Shown here one piece after another: positions 49,419 to 59,083 of a stretch of DNA of 64,000 nucleotides. The DNA lies in the NCBI GenBank assembly GCA_963674695.2, contig CAXXGI010000002.1, positions 832,001 through 896,000 of the forward strand, read 5' to 3'. The notes beneath the pieces are model-generated. The model was not told the origin of the DNA. It saw only the letters and a list, made by a program, of their open reading frames with translations, and did not search any database. Made by a program: the position numbers and the translations under genes. This stretch comes from a bacterium (GTDB taxonomy: Bacteria; UBA10199; 2-02-FULL-44-16; JAAZCA01). Position 1 is the first letter of the stretch; the number at the start of each line of letters is the position of its first letter.

Positions 49419-49832
49419 TTACATGGGGGAGGTGGTGAGTGTCCTCTCCCACCCGAAATACGCCTTTGTCTCGGGACGGAACCAGAGCACGATGACGGGG
49501 ATCGAGAGCGGGAGGCAGCAGCAGTTTGGGATGCTGATGCAGAGGGCGACGATGCCGTAGATCCAGGCCCAGGGTTTTCTCGGGAGGAAGAGGGCGACGA
49601 TAAAGAAGAGCGTCAGGATGATCGTCCCCACCAGGAGTCCTCCCCAAAGGTGTTCGAGCAGCAGGAGAAAGGAGTGGGCCGTCTTTCCCTCTGGCGCGAT
49701 CTGATCCTTCGGGAACCAGATGAGGAAAGCGATGTAGAGCGAAAAGAGAAAATAGCTGATGGCCATGCAGACGCAGCAGACCTTATACCAGATGATGACG
49801 GATGGTCGCGGAGCGGGTGGGGGATTGTTCAT
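49419..49832 (-). CDS. Small membrane protein
   Basis: 3-4 TM segments, PRKPWAWIYG..CCCLP..W.RPETKAYF; SD AAGGAG. Confidence 0.7.
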   Translation of the reverse strand: MNNPPPAPRPSVIIWYKVCCVCMAISYFLFSLYIAFLIWFPKDQIAPEGKTAHSFLLLLEHLWGGLLVGTIILTLFFIVALFLPRKPWAWIYGIVALCISIPNCCCLPLSIPVIVLWFRPETKAYFGWERTLTTSPM

Positions 49833-49904
49833 GGAGCTCCTTTTCACCGTTTGACTTGCGGGGAATGCTCACTTACATTTCATTTATCTCATAAAGGGGG
49901 GACG

Positions 49905-50282
49905 ATGAAAAGCTATCGAGTTATAGGGGTCATTTTCGGCATCATGCTCGCCATCTCGGTTTTTTCCTGCAGCTCCACACCGAGCGATTGCACGGGCGAG
50001 ATTGCCGCCGGCGGAAAGACGTATACGGCCAGCGGAAAGGGGCAGGAGAAGGCCACCCGAAATGCCTGCAACAAATATTGCCTGGATACCGATGCGGAGT
50101 GCGAGGCGATGTATGGCATCTGGGTCAATTCCCCGAAGGGGAAGGCGGCGGGAAGCCCAGCGAAGATGCGGGCGCTCTCCGAGGATAAACAGCTCCTCGA
50201 TTGCGTGACGATCAAATGCGCCAACGCGTGCTTGGAGCAGATCAAGGCGGGAACGATTCAATTTCAGGCGAGCTGTCAGTAG
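49905..50282 (+). CDS. Small Cys-rich lipoprotein
   Basis: MKSYRV..VFSC lipobox; RNACNKYC, DCVTIKCANAC; SD GGGGG. Confidence 0.72.
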   Translation: MKSYRVIGVIFGIMLAISVFSCSSTPSDCTGEIAAGGKTYTASGKGQEKATRNACNKYCLDTDAECEAMYGIWVNSPKGKAAGSPAKMRALSEDKQLLDCVTIKCANACLEQIKAGTIQFQASCQ

Positions 50283-50307
50283 CGTCTGCTGGGGAAATGG
50301 TTTTTGC

Positions 50308-50378
50308 TGTCATTCCCGCGAAAGCGGGAATCTCGATTTTTCAAGTACCCCGAGATTCCCGCTTTCGCGGGAATGACA
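50308..50378. repeat. REP doublet (GTCATTCCCGCGAAAGCGGGAATC type) without MITE ends
   Basis: TGTCATTCCCGCGAAAGCGGGAATCTCG ... CGAGATTCCCGCTTTCGCGGGAATGACA. Confidence 0.88.
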
Positions 50379-50436
50379 AAGACATAAGGAGAGGATCTCC
50401 ACGAGAACAGAGCGTATGACCAACCATAAGGGGGAA

Positions 50437-51654
50437 ATGATGAGACGATTGACCGTGTTGGCGATGATGATCGGTTTGCTGTTGCTCAGCGGCTGTGGAT
50501 CGAGTTGGTCCTCAGGTGGCGGGAATGCGGATGCGTTGGTCTATGCCACCTACGGGCAGACGATGAGCGCGGTTATCCCTGCCGGACTCAAAACGGGTGG
50601 GGTCAATGCCGATGTGGCGGCCATGTTGATGAAGACACTTTCCGGGACCTGCGCGGACACCTACGCCGACTGCCCCGCGATAACGGCAGAGGGGGGTGGA
50701 GATAGCGACGCGGGTGAGATTCTGATGCGCCTGTGGAGTCTCGATTATAATGATGAGTGCAACGCTGATCTGTTGGCGGCGGGAACCTGCTTCGATTGTG
50801 AGGATTGCGAAACCGGTTCCGTGGGGACGACGAATTTCATTCAGCCCACGATGATCGCGGCGCCGACCGAATGTGGTTCCGTATCCACCACGGCGGGTCG
50901 TTACGTCAACCTGGGTGTCGATCCCTGTTTCTTTGATGCTATGATTGGGCAGATCACCAATATCGCGCAGTGCGAGACGGTCACCGGTGGGGCAGTCGAC
51001 ATCTCATCGGCCATTCCCTGGTATGCCTCCTGGAATATCCCGCAGACAGTGCATTTCTCCAGTTATTATTCGCGGTCGAGCGGTGGAATGTGGTGGACGC
51101 TCAACGATGGCGCGAGTGCGAATCAGCAGTACTTCGTTTCGCTCGATTCCAACTGGCTCTATGCGGGGATCAAGAACCCGGATGAGAATGAGTTCCTGTT
51201 TTTTGGAAGCAGTTCCCCGGCATATAGCGGGAGCAGCGGGGTGAATATCTCCGGCTATGCGGGCCCACTCGATGCGATCACGACGACTTTCGAGGCGATC
51301 CAGGTGCGCGACGAATCGCCTGAGACCTACATCGAACGTCTTCGTTCGAACGGCAGCTATGTCTGGTATCAGAAATGGCGCGGCAGCTTCCCCGCAACGC
51401 CCGACGCTGTTGATGGGGTCAAGAATAGCCCAGATGAAAATCGGTGTCTCCAGATCGGGTCGAGTGTGGTGACGTCGAAGTATGTTCCCTCTGCCGATTG
51501 TGTGAGCTCCTTCGGTGTGGCTGATGTGACGGCGCTCAATTCGGATGACAACTATACGCTCAAGATCATCGATGGCCAGACGGCGAACTCTATCGATTTT
51601 TCAACGCCGCTCACACCGACGACCGAGAGCGCCTGTTTGGAAGAGGAGACGTAA
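50437..51654 (+). CDS. Cys-rich hypothetical lipoprotein
   Basis: Lipobox LSGC; 12 further Cys; aromatic beta-rich C-terminal half. Confidence 0.78.
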   Translation: MMRRLTVLAMMIGLLLLSGCGSSWSSGGGNADALVYATYGQTMSAVIPAGLKTGGVNADVAAMLMKTLSGTCADTYADCPAITAEGGGDSDAGEILMRLWSLDYNDECNADLLAAGTCFDCEDCETGSVGTTNFIQPTMIAAPTECGSVSTTAGRYVNLGVDPCFFDAMIGQITNIAQCETVTGGAVDISSAIPWYASWNIPQTVHFSSYYSRSSGGMWWTLNDGASANQQYFVSLDSNWLYAGIKNPDENEFLFFGSSSPAYSGSSGVNISGYAGPLDAITTTFEAIQVRDESPETYIERLRSNGSYVWYQKWRGSFPATPDAVDGVKNSPDENRCLQIGSSVVTSKYVPSADCVSSFGVADVTALNSDDNYTLKIIDGQTANSIDFSTPLTPTTESACLEEET

Positions 51655-51673
51655 TCACGCGAAGTGATGATGT

Positions 51674-51708
51674 AAAAAAAGCCCGAGGGAGATCCCTCGG
51701 GCTTTTTT
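51674..51708. terminator. Bidirectional intrinsic terminator
   Basis: AAAAAAAGCCCGAGGGA-GA-TCCCTCGGGCTTTTTT between convergent genes. Confidence 0.85.
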
Positions 51709-51726
51709 GATTCTGCGGAAAGAAGC

Positions 51727-52134
51727 TTACATGACCATTTCTTTGAGCTTCTTGAGCGGGCGCACCTTCACGACCGTGCGGGCTGGTTTGGCCTTGAACA
51801 TGGCCTCTTCGCCCGTGAACGGGTTGATGCCTTTGCGGGCCTTCGTGGCCGGCTTGCGAACGGTGGCAACCTTCAGAAGGCCCGGAAGGACGAATTCACC
51901 ACAGGCGTTCTTTTTGATGTGACACTCGATGATGCATCCGAGGCCATCGAAGACCGAGGTGATCTGCTTCTTGCTGAGCTCGGTATAGTCGGCCAGCGTT
52001 GCGACGATCTGGGACTTGCTGTATTTCGCCTTGATCGCACTCTTGGCGCAGTTCTTCGTGGTGCAGCACTTCTTGGTGGTCTTGGTCTTCTTGGTGGTGG
52101 TTTTCTTCTTGGTTGGTTTTTTCTTTGCGGCCAC
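51727..52134 (-). CDS. HU-family DNA-binding protein with Lys/Thr-rich N-terminal extension
   Basis: KSQIV..FVLPGLLK..KPATKARKGINPFTGEE..KAKPARTVVKVRPLKKLK. Confidence 0.9.
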   Translation of the reverse strand: MAAKKKPTKKKTTTKKTKTTKKCCTTKNCAKSAIKAKYSKSQIVATLADYTELSKKQITSVFDGLGCIIECHIKKNACGEFVLPGLLKVATVRKPATKARKGINPFTGEEAMFKAKPARTVVKVRPLKKLKEMVM

Positions 52135-52272
52135 GGTGATCTCCTTTGTTGAAGTTAGCTCATACGTGAAACCGTCTCATGCCAGAAATAAGCCTTCAGG
52201 GCAAGCTCTTATAGCGCATTATCCTGCGATTTGCGCCTTGACTTCATGCGGTCCGCGAAGAAGAAATGCGGT

Positions 52273-55200
52273 ATGCACAAAACGCTCAAGCAGCGCCGTC
52301 TCGATGAAATGCGCCTGGATCCAGGACGTGGGGGGTGTGGGATCCTCGCGCTGGCGGAGCTCGTGGAAGGGCCTTCGCATGGGCTCCTTCGGGATGCGAT
52401 CGCAGGTCTTTCGCGCCTTGAACACCGGGGCGGAACCCTCGATGGGATGGGCGATGGTGCTGGGCTTCTTCTCAAGGTGGAACGGAGCTTTTTTGAGCGG
52501 TTTTTGCCCTCGGAGCGCGTTCGTCTCGATCCCAAAGAACCCCTCATCGTCGGGACGGTCTTCTTCCTCCATGGCGAGCGCAATGTCCCCCAGTTGCAGC
52601 GGGAGATCGATCTGATCCTCCGCCGCGAGGGACTCCGGCCCCTCGGGTGGCGTGCGGTGCCCACAGATCTTTCGGTCCTGGGAACAAAGGCGCGCGAGGA
52701 TGCGCCGTTGATCCATCAGCTCTTTGTGGCCAAGGGGCATCGTCGTGAGGTACAGCTCTTCGAGGCCCTGCATCGCGTGAAGGTGGTCATCGAGGCGGAA
52801 TTGCCTGGACTGCTCAACGTCGTTTCGCTGGCGCCGAAGACGACGGTCTATAAGGCCTTGGCCTCGGCCGATCAGCTCGCAGATTTCTATCTCGATTTTA
52901 AGGATCCGGCTTTTGTCACATCCGCGGTCATTGCCCATCGGCGTTTTTCGACCAATACCTTTACCAACTGGAATTTGATCCAGCCCTTCCGGAATATCGC
53001 CCATAACGGTGAGATCAACACGATCACGGCGAACTGCCGCGCCATCTCCGATGCGGACAGCGCGCTCAGCATTGGCAGTACGCTCATGAACCATGGCAGC
53101 GATTCCGCCCAGGTCGATCGCGTGGTGGAGATGATGTCCGCAAATGGGATGACGGGCATGCATGAGGCGCTCAGGCGTATGATCCCCCCCGCCTGGACCG
53201 AGGATGTCGTCGATGGGAAGGAACGGCGTTTTTTCGAGGCCAATCGGCGCGCGCTCGGAACGATAGGTGCGTGGGAAGGCCCCATCGCCATCGTCGGAAC
53301 GGATGGTCTGCGGGTGGTCGCCATCCTCGATCGCATGGGGTTGCGCCCCTTGCGCTATCTGAAGACGGCACGCGGTCGTGTGATCGTTGCGAGCGAAATG
53401 GGCGTCATCTCTCTGGGGGATGATGAGATCGTTCAGGACGGGCAGCTCGAGCCCGGCCAAATGCTCATCGCGGATCTCGGCGAGGGGGTGCTGGTTTCAC
53501 CCGAGGCGACGACGCAGAGAATCATCGATCGTTCGCAGATGGATTTTCAAAATCTTTCGACCGTAGGGTTGATGCCGCTCAAGAGGGAGGAGTGGACGCA
53601 ACCGCTGTCGATCGGAACGCTCAACGCATTTGGCTGGACCGAAGAGCGGGTGAAACACCTGCAGAAGATGCGGACGGGAGCGAAGGAACCGGTCTATGGT
53701 ATGGGCAACGACAGCCCTCTGGCGATCTTCAGCGAGAACCATTCCCGACTCTACAGTTTTTTGCATCAGATCGTGGCCGTCGTTACCAACCCCCCGATCG
53801 ATCCGCTGCGGGAGGGCGGTGCGATCGATACCACCGTCTACCTGGGGCGTTCGCCCCGCCTCACGAGAAAGAGCGACTACCAATCATGGCCACAATATGA
53901 GTTGAAACACCCGATCCTCACGAACGAGGAGCTCTCGGCGATCTGTTCGGTCCAGAGCGATGAGCTCAGAACCGTTCGGCTCGACGCCACCTTTTCGGAT
54001 ACGGGAAAATCGCGCGAGATCGTTCGGCGTATTCATGATCTCACCGACGAGGCGCTCACCGCCATACGCTCTCGCGATGCCTCGATTCTGGTCATCTCGG
54101 ATATCGAGGCGATGCATGGAGAACGACTGCCCCTTCCGATGTTGCTCGTGGTGAGCGCGGTGCATCAGGCGTTGGCGGAAAAAGGGTTGCGGCGCGATGT
54201 GAGTATCGTCGCCGAGGCGGGCGATCTGCATGAAGGACACGACTGTAGCATCCTGCTGGCCTACGGGGCGACGGCGATCAATCCCTATGCCATGCTCGGC
54301 CTGGCGCGCGCGGATTCCGGAATGGATCCGGATGTCGCTGTGAACAACGTTGTCGATGCCATCGTGTATACGCTCAAACGGGTGATGTCGAAGATGGGGA
54401 TCACGACGATTGCGGGCTATCGCGGTTCGGCACTCTTCGAGGCCGTCGGGATCTCATCGGACGTGGTGGAATACTTCATGCCGGATACGGTCTCGCGCCT
54501 CGGCGGGATGACGATGGATGATATCTATGCGAATGTGCGGGCCCGATTCTCCGGTGGCAATGATGTGCTCGCATGCAATCGAAACGTCACGGTCTTTCGG
54601 CGCGAGGTGACCGATGCCCTTCAGATGGTCGCGCGAAATGGGAATGCGAACGGGGATTATGATCGCTTCGTTTCGTTGCTCAAAGAGACCCCACCCATCT
54701 ATCTGAGGGATATGCTCGAGTTCCGCAGCCGTGGAAATCCCGTCCCCCTGGATCGGGTGGCCGGGGCCGGCGAGATCATTCGCACGACCATTCGTGCGGC
54801 GGCGATGTCCCATGGGGCGCTCAATGCGACCTCGCACCGGGCGATTGCAGCCGCATTCAATCGCTTCGATTCGCGCTCCTCTTCCGGTGAGGGGGGCGAG
54901 GATGAGCGGCGCGATCGCGGCGGGCCGTGGGAGGAGGATCGGAGTCGGATCCGTCAGATTGCATCGGGCCGCTTTGGCGTCGATGCGCGCTATCTTGCAG
55001 GGGCCGATGAGATCGAGATCAAGATCGGGCAGGGGGCTAAGCCCGGCGAGGGCGGTCACCTTCCGGGACATAAGGTGAATGAGGAGATCGCTCGCATACG
55101 GAAGACGCGTCCCGGAATTGATCTCATCAGTCCGCCGCCGCACCACGATATCTATAGTATCGAAGACCTCAAACAGTTGATCACCAATCTTCGGGAGCTG

Positions 55201-56682
55201 CATCCGAAGGCCATCATCTCGGTCAAGGTGCCAAGCGTGACGGGTCTCGGGACGATCGGCGTTGGCATCGTCAAGGCCGGCGCGGATGTCATTGTGGTGA
55301 GCGGGTTCGAGGGGGGTACGGGAGCGGCCAGTTCGAGCAGTATCACGCATGCCGGCCTTCCGTTGGATCGGGGCTTGAGCGAATTGCATCAGCACCTGGT
55401 GGTGAGTGGTGTGCGCTCACGCGTTCGCGTTCGGGCCGACGGAGGCATCAAGAGCGGATTGGATGTGGCCAAGGTGCTCGCCCTGGGTGCGGATGAGGTT
55501 TCGATCGGGACGCCGCTGCTCATCGCGGAGCGGTGCATCTTTTGCCGCGGATGCAGCAAGGGCCAGTGCCCGGTCGGTATCGCGACGCACGACGAGGCCC
55601 GGCAAAATGAGTTGTTCATGCGCCGCAATATGAATGGGTGTGATGGCCATCGCGATCCGGGACGGGCCCGATACGAGGAGGCCCGGGACGGCGTGATCAA
55701 CTATCTCGAGTCTTTGGCCGAGGAGGTCCGGCGCATCGTGGCGGGTCTCGGCTTCGAGGATCCCTCGCAACTGGTCGGCCGGGTGGATCTCCTGCAACAG
55801 GTCACATCGGGCAATCCGCGATGGGATCGCATCGATCTGTCCGAGCTCCTCATCGATTTTCGCTCCGACACGGGAAGCACCGGAGGAACGATTCAACGTC
55901 CGTCGGGGAAGGCATCGGCGTTGAACGAGACTCTTGTTCGAGCCGCACGCGATGCGAGCGAAAAGGAAGACCATCGTGTGGAAATTGCGCTCGCCGTCAC
56001 CAATAGCGACCATGCCATCGGTGCGACGTTGGCCGGCGAGATCGCCACGAACGCGGGACGCTATGAGGGGAAGCGTTTCGAGATTCGTGCGGAAGGGAAT
56101 GCCGGCCAGGGGTTTGGTTTTGGTGCCGTCGCAGGGATGTCTTTGCGGCTTTCAGGATATGCCAACGATGGTGTCGGCGAATCGATGGGGGGTGGGGCGC
56201 GCATTATCGTCACACCGCCGCACATGCGAATGGATGCAGCGCCCTCTCATCTCGTCGGAAACGCGGCGGCCTACGGGGCGACGGGGGGTCGACTCTCCAT
56301 CGCGGGAAAGGCGGGCCAGCGTTTTGGCGTGCGCAATTCTGGGGCGATCCTTATCTGCGAAGGCGTTGGAAAGTATGCCTTTGAATATATGACGGGCGGC
56401 GTCGGTATCGTTTTGGGCAGCTGTGGTCCCTGCATCGGCTCGGGGATGACCGGCGGTGAACTCTTTCTCTACCGGCCCGAAGGCGATGCGCGCTTTCCGA
56501 TCCACACGGATATGATTGTCGAAGATCTTTCTCCGAGCGACGCTGATTCCCTCCGGGAGATGCTGGGCGATTTCTTTGAGGAGACCAAGAGTCCGCAGGC
56601 ATCTGCGATTCTCACGAACTGGTCGGAAGCCGTGAGTTCCTTTGTCCGCCTTTGCCCGCGCGTCGTTGAGGGGAAGGGCTGA
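52273..56682 (+). CDS. gltB: Glutamate synthase large subunit (start uncertain)
   Basis: CG at N-terminus of mature GATase, HRG, RFSTNT, AHNGEINT, VTNPPIDPLRE, QIASGRFGV, KIGQGAKPGEGGHLP, SPPPHHDIYSIEDL, CxxCxxC..CPVG, GXGXG domain. Confidence 0.95.
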   Translation: MHKTLKQRRLDEMRLDPGRGGCGILALAELVEGPSHGLLRDAIAGLSRLEHRGGTLDGMGDGAGLLLKVERSFFERFLPSERVRLDPKEPLIVGTVFFLHGERNVPQLQREIDLILRREGLRPLGWRAVPTDLSVLGTKAREDAPLIHQLFVAKGHRREVQLFEALHRVKVVIEAELPGLLNVVSLAPKTTVYKALASADQLADFYLDFKDPAFVTSAVIAHRRFSTNTFTNWNLIQPFRNIAHNGEINTITANCRAISDADSALSIGSTLMNHGSDSAQVDRVVEMMSANGMTGMHEALRRMIPPAWTEDVVDGKERRFFEANRRALGTIGAWEGPIAIVGTDGLRVVAILDRMGLRPLRYLKTARGRVIVASEMGVISLGDDEIVQDGQLEPGQMLIADLGEGVLVSPEATTQRIIDRSQMDFQNLSTVGLMPLKREEWTQPLSIGTLNAFGWTEERVKHLQKMRTGAKEPVYGMGNDSPLAIFSENHSRLYSFLHQIVAVVTNPPIDPLREGGAIDTTVYLGRSPRLTRKSDYQSWPQYELKHPILTNEELSAICSVQSDELRTVRLDATFSDTGKSREIVRRIHDLTDEALTAIRSRDASILVISDIEAMHGERLPLPMLLVVSAVHQALAEKGLRRDVSIVAEAGDLHEGHDCSILLAYGATAINPYAMLGLARADSGMDPDVAVNNVVDAIVYTLKRVMSKMGITTIAGYRGSALFEAVGISSDVVEYFMPDTVSRLGGMTMDDIYANVRARFSGGNDVLACNRNVTVFRREVTDALQMVARNGNANGDYDRFVSLLKETPPIYLRDMLEFRSRGNPVPLDRVAGAGEIIRTTIRAAAMSHGALNATSHRAIAAAFNRFDSRSSSGEGGEDERRDRGGPWEEDRSRIRQIASGRFGVDARYLAGADEIEIKIGQGAKPGEGGHLPGHKVNEEIARIRKTRPGIDLISPPPHHDIYSIEDLKQLITNLRELHPKAIISVKVPSVTGLGTIGVGIVKAGADVIVVSGFEGGTGAASSSSITHAGLPLDRGLSELHQHLVVSGVRSRVRVRADGGIKSGLDVAKVLALGADEVSIGTPLLIAERCIFCRGCSKGQCPVGIATHDEARQNELFMRRNMNGCDGHRDPGRARYEEARDGVINYLESLAEEVRRIVAGLGFEDPSQLVGRVDLLQQVTSGNPRWDRIDLSELLIDFRSDTGSTGGTIQRPSGKASALNETLVRAARDASEKEDHRVEIALAVTNSDHAIGATLAGEIATNAGRYEGKRFEIRAEGNAGQGFGFGAVAGMSLRLSGYANDGVGESMGGGARIIVTPPHMRMDAAPSHLVGNAAAYGATGGRLSIAGKAGQRFGVRNSGAILICEGVGKYAFEYMTGGVGIVLGSCGPCIGSGMTGGELFLYRPEGDARFPIHTDMIVEDLSPSDADSLREMLGDFFEETKSPQASAILTNWSEAVSSFVRLCPRVVEGKG

Positions 56683-56705
56683 AGTCTTTTGAAGGGGGAT
56701 GGAAT

Positions 56706-57332
56706 ATGAATGACGCAACCTTCTACATCAAGGCTTTCATCACGCTCCTGGTCCTGGTCAACCCCCTGGAGGGGATGCCGGTCTTCCTCTCGGGCACGCA
56801 GCACGCCGATTCGGAACTGCGCCGCATTATCGTTCGACGGACCCCCATCGCCATCGTTACCATCCTGGTGCTCTCCCTCTTCTTGGGGGATGCCTTGCTC
56901 AAGCTCTTTGGCATCAGTCCCGGGGCCTTCCAGGCTGGGGGCGGCGCTATCCTCTTTCTCATTGCCGTGAAGATGATCCTGGGTTCGGGCGGAGAGGCCT
57001 TCGAGAAGATGGGCGGCGGTCAGATCACAGCTGCCTTTGCCGTCGTGCCGATGGCTATTCCGATCATGGCCGGTCCCGGCGCCATCAACGGTGCTGTCCT
57101 CTATGGGACGCGCGCGCATTCATTTGTGGAGATGGGGATCCTGGCTGGAGTTATCGTCGTGGTTGGGGCGGTGAGCTATCTCATGCTGCGGGCGGCAACG
57201 CCGATTGCGCGCTATCTCAAGACCACGGGGATCAGCATCGCCACGCGCATCATGGGGCTTATCATCGCGGCCATCGCTGTCGAGATGATCGCTCACGGTA
57301 TCTCATCGATGTTTCACCTGCACGCCTTCTGA
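56706..57332 (+). CDS. MarC family membrane protein
   Basis: LVNPLEG.PVF, FGIS..AFQAGGG, VPMAIPIMAGPGAI, TRIMGLII. Confidence 0.92.
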   Translation: MNDATFYIKAFITLLVLVNPLEGMPVFLSGTQHADSELRRIIVRRTPIAIVTILVLSLFLGDALLKLFGISPGAFQAGGGAILFLIAVKMILGSGGEAFEKMGGGQITAAFAVVPMAIPIMAGPGAINGAVLYGTRAHSFVEMGILAGVIVVVGAVSYLMLRAATPIARYLKTTGISIATRIMGLIIAAIAVEMIAHGISSMFHLHAF

Positions 57333-59075
57333 TCAGTCGTTCCGCTCGATTCCAACGACGCGCAGCGTTTCATCCTCCGCCTTCTGGATCGAGAGGTCGA
57401 TCGCTGGCATCGGCCAGCGATGTCCCTCCTGAAAGGTCTCCAGACGCAGGACCACGATGCGCTCCGTGGAGAGCGCGTCGATCACAGCGTTTTCGATGAG
57501 CACGCTCGTGCCGACGAAATCCTTCCACGGAGTGAGTTCGGCGGTCGCCATCCGCGTTTGAAGGCGGAAGCGATAGCGCCGATGCTCAAGCGTGGTGAAG
57601 CCATAGTGCACGGCCAGGTCGTCGAAGGTGAGCAGCATGCCCTTATCGGTTTGTTGAAGGGTAAAGGCGTCGAGTGGATTGAGCTGTGCAAACCAGTAGA
57701 GGCCGATCTGGTTGCGGCGCTCGATGAGTTGAGCCGTGATATAGCGTTCGAGCGGTTTGTCGGGAAAAGCCGCGAGCTGCACGATCTTCGTGATCGTCTC
57801 GTCGCTCAAGCGCATGATGATGCGGGCCGCCCAGAAGGCATCCCGGCCGGTCATGTCGACAAATGCCTCGTTGGGCAGTTGTACGTTCCATTTTTCGGGG
57901 TTGAATCGGCAGGTGGGGAGAAAGGCATATCCCTCAAAGCGATCGTCGCAGTCAGCTGCTTGTGCGGGGGGTTTGTAGAAGCCAAAGGTCAGCATCGCGG
58001 CGGTAGCCCCTCCGACACCGTAGTTCAGATCTGCGTCGCGTGTTTTTTCTTCCTGCTCCTTGGCACTCTTCGATTTCCCAAAATCCTCGGTCAGCTCCCA
58101 GGGATTGCCGAACGCCGTGGAGAGGTCGAAGAGGTTGTGCCGCACATAACCTTTTGGGGAGTTCGTGGTGACGAATGTGTCGAGCGTTCCGCTGTCGCGT
58201 ATCTCGGTATTGTTGATGAGTGCAGAGAAGATGCGGTAGCCGCGCAGGACTCGCCGGTATTGGTGCGGGATCCGATCGTTCGTATCCTGATAGCGCGTTC
58301 CGGAGAAGGAGAAGGGGCCGAGCGGTTCGCCCACAGGAGCGAGGGTGGCCAGCGCTCTCACGCTCGTTCGCCCCCCCATTTGAATCCGGTCGAGGATGTA
58401 CTGGAAATCCTGCTGCGTCAAGGGACGCTCGACCGCGTATTTTCCCCGGGTGACGGCATGCCCTCCCAGGGCCAGTCGATCGGCTTTGAGCTCGATCACA
58501 TAGCTGGGGGCGACGTTATAGCCGATCTCCTTGAGCAGCAGACTCGCGATCAGCTCGCCGCCGGTGGCGATGCCGGGGAAGCCCGGAGGATCGAACGTGA
58601 GGATGTAACGGCGGCCGACGGCATCCTCGACGTAGAGCCGAGGTACTTTTCCCAGCGTCATGGCGCTCAGGATCGTGAGCGGACCCGTCGCCTCGGGGGC
58701 CATCTTCGGATCGAAGGGTTGTGCCATCGCTTTGGCGGAAAGAGCAAATCGTCCGATTCTATTGGTGAACCAGGTGGAATCAGGGACTTCGTCGAAGTTG
58801 TCGATGTCGAAGGCCTCCTCTTTTCCGCCGGGGATGATCTTCTCCTGGAGGCTCGCAATGTTGTCCACGGCACCCATGGCCTGGTTCCAGCCCTCATAGA
58901 CATAACTATAGGCCGAATCCGTGGGTTCATAGCGGCGGCGTGTTTCAGGCTTGGCGATCGGTGTTCGGTCGTTGTCGCGAAGCCACATGACGGGGGGATA
59001 GCGCAGCCCCGTCTTCGGCGCGCAGGCGGCCAGAGCTGATGCGAGAAGAATGATTGTCAGGATGCGTTTCATCAT
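57333..59075 (-). CDS. Uncharacterised lipoprotein, possible atypical-kinase-like fold
   Basis: Lipobox LAAC; DEVPDSTWFTNRIG, YILTFDPPG, GYNV, NDRIPH..RRVLRG, RDAFWAARI. Confidence 0.75.
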   Translation of the reverse strand: MMKRILTIILLASALAACAPKTGLRYPPVMWLRDNDRTPIAKPETRRRYEPTDSAYSYVYEGWNQAMGAVDNIASLQEKIIPGGKEEAFDIDNFDEVPDSTWFTNRIGRFALSAKAMAQPFDPKMAPEATGPLTILSAMTLGKVPRLYVEDAVGRRYILTFDPPGFPGIATGGELIASLLLKEIGYNVAPSYVIELKADRLALGGHAVTRGKYAVERPLTQQDFQYILDRIQMGGRTSVRALATLAPVGEPLGPFSFSGTRYQDTNDRIPHQYRRVLRGYRIFSALINNTEIRDSGTLDTFVTTNSPKGYVRHNLFDLSTAFGNPWELTEDFGKSKSAKEQEEKTRDADLNYGVGGATAAMLTFGFYKPPAQAADCDDRFEGYAFLPTCRFNPEKWNVQLPNEAFVDMTGRDAFWAARIIMRLSDETITKIVQLAAFPDKPLERYITAQLIERRNQIGLYWFAQLNPLDAFTLQQTDKGMLLTFDDLAVHYGFTTLEHRRYRFRLQTRMATAELTPWKDFVGTSVLIENAVIDALSTERIVVLRLETFQEGHRWPMPAIDLSIQKAEDETLRVVGIERND

Positions 59076-59083
59076 GAGTGCTT

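Noticed and set aside
49293-49904. N-terminal 204 aa of ORF 49293-50282
   Set aside because: Overlaps the macB 3' end and is antisense to 49419-49832; the real gene starts at 49905 with an SD and lipobox.
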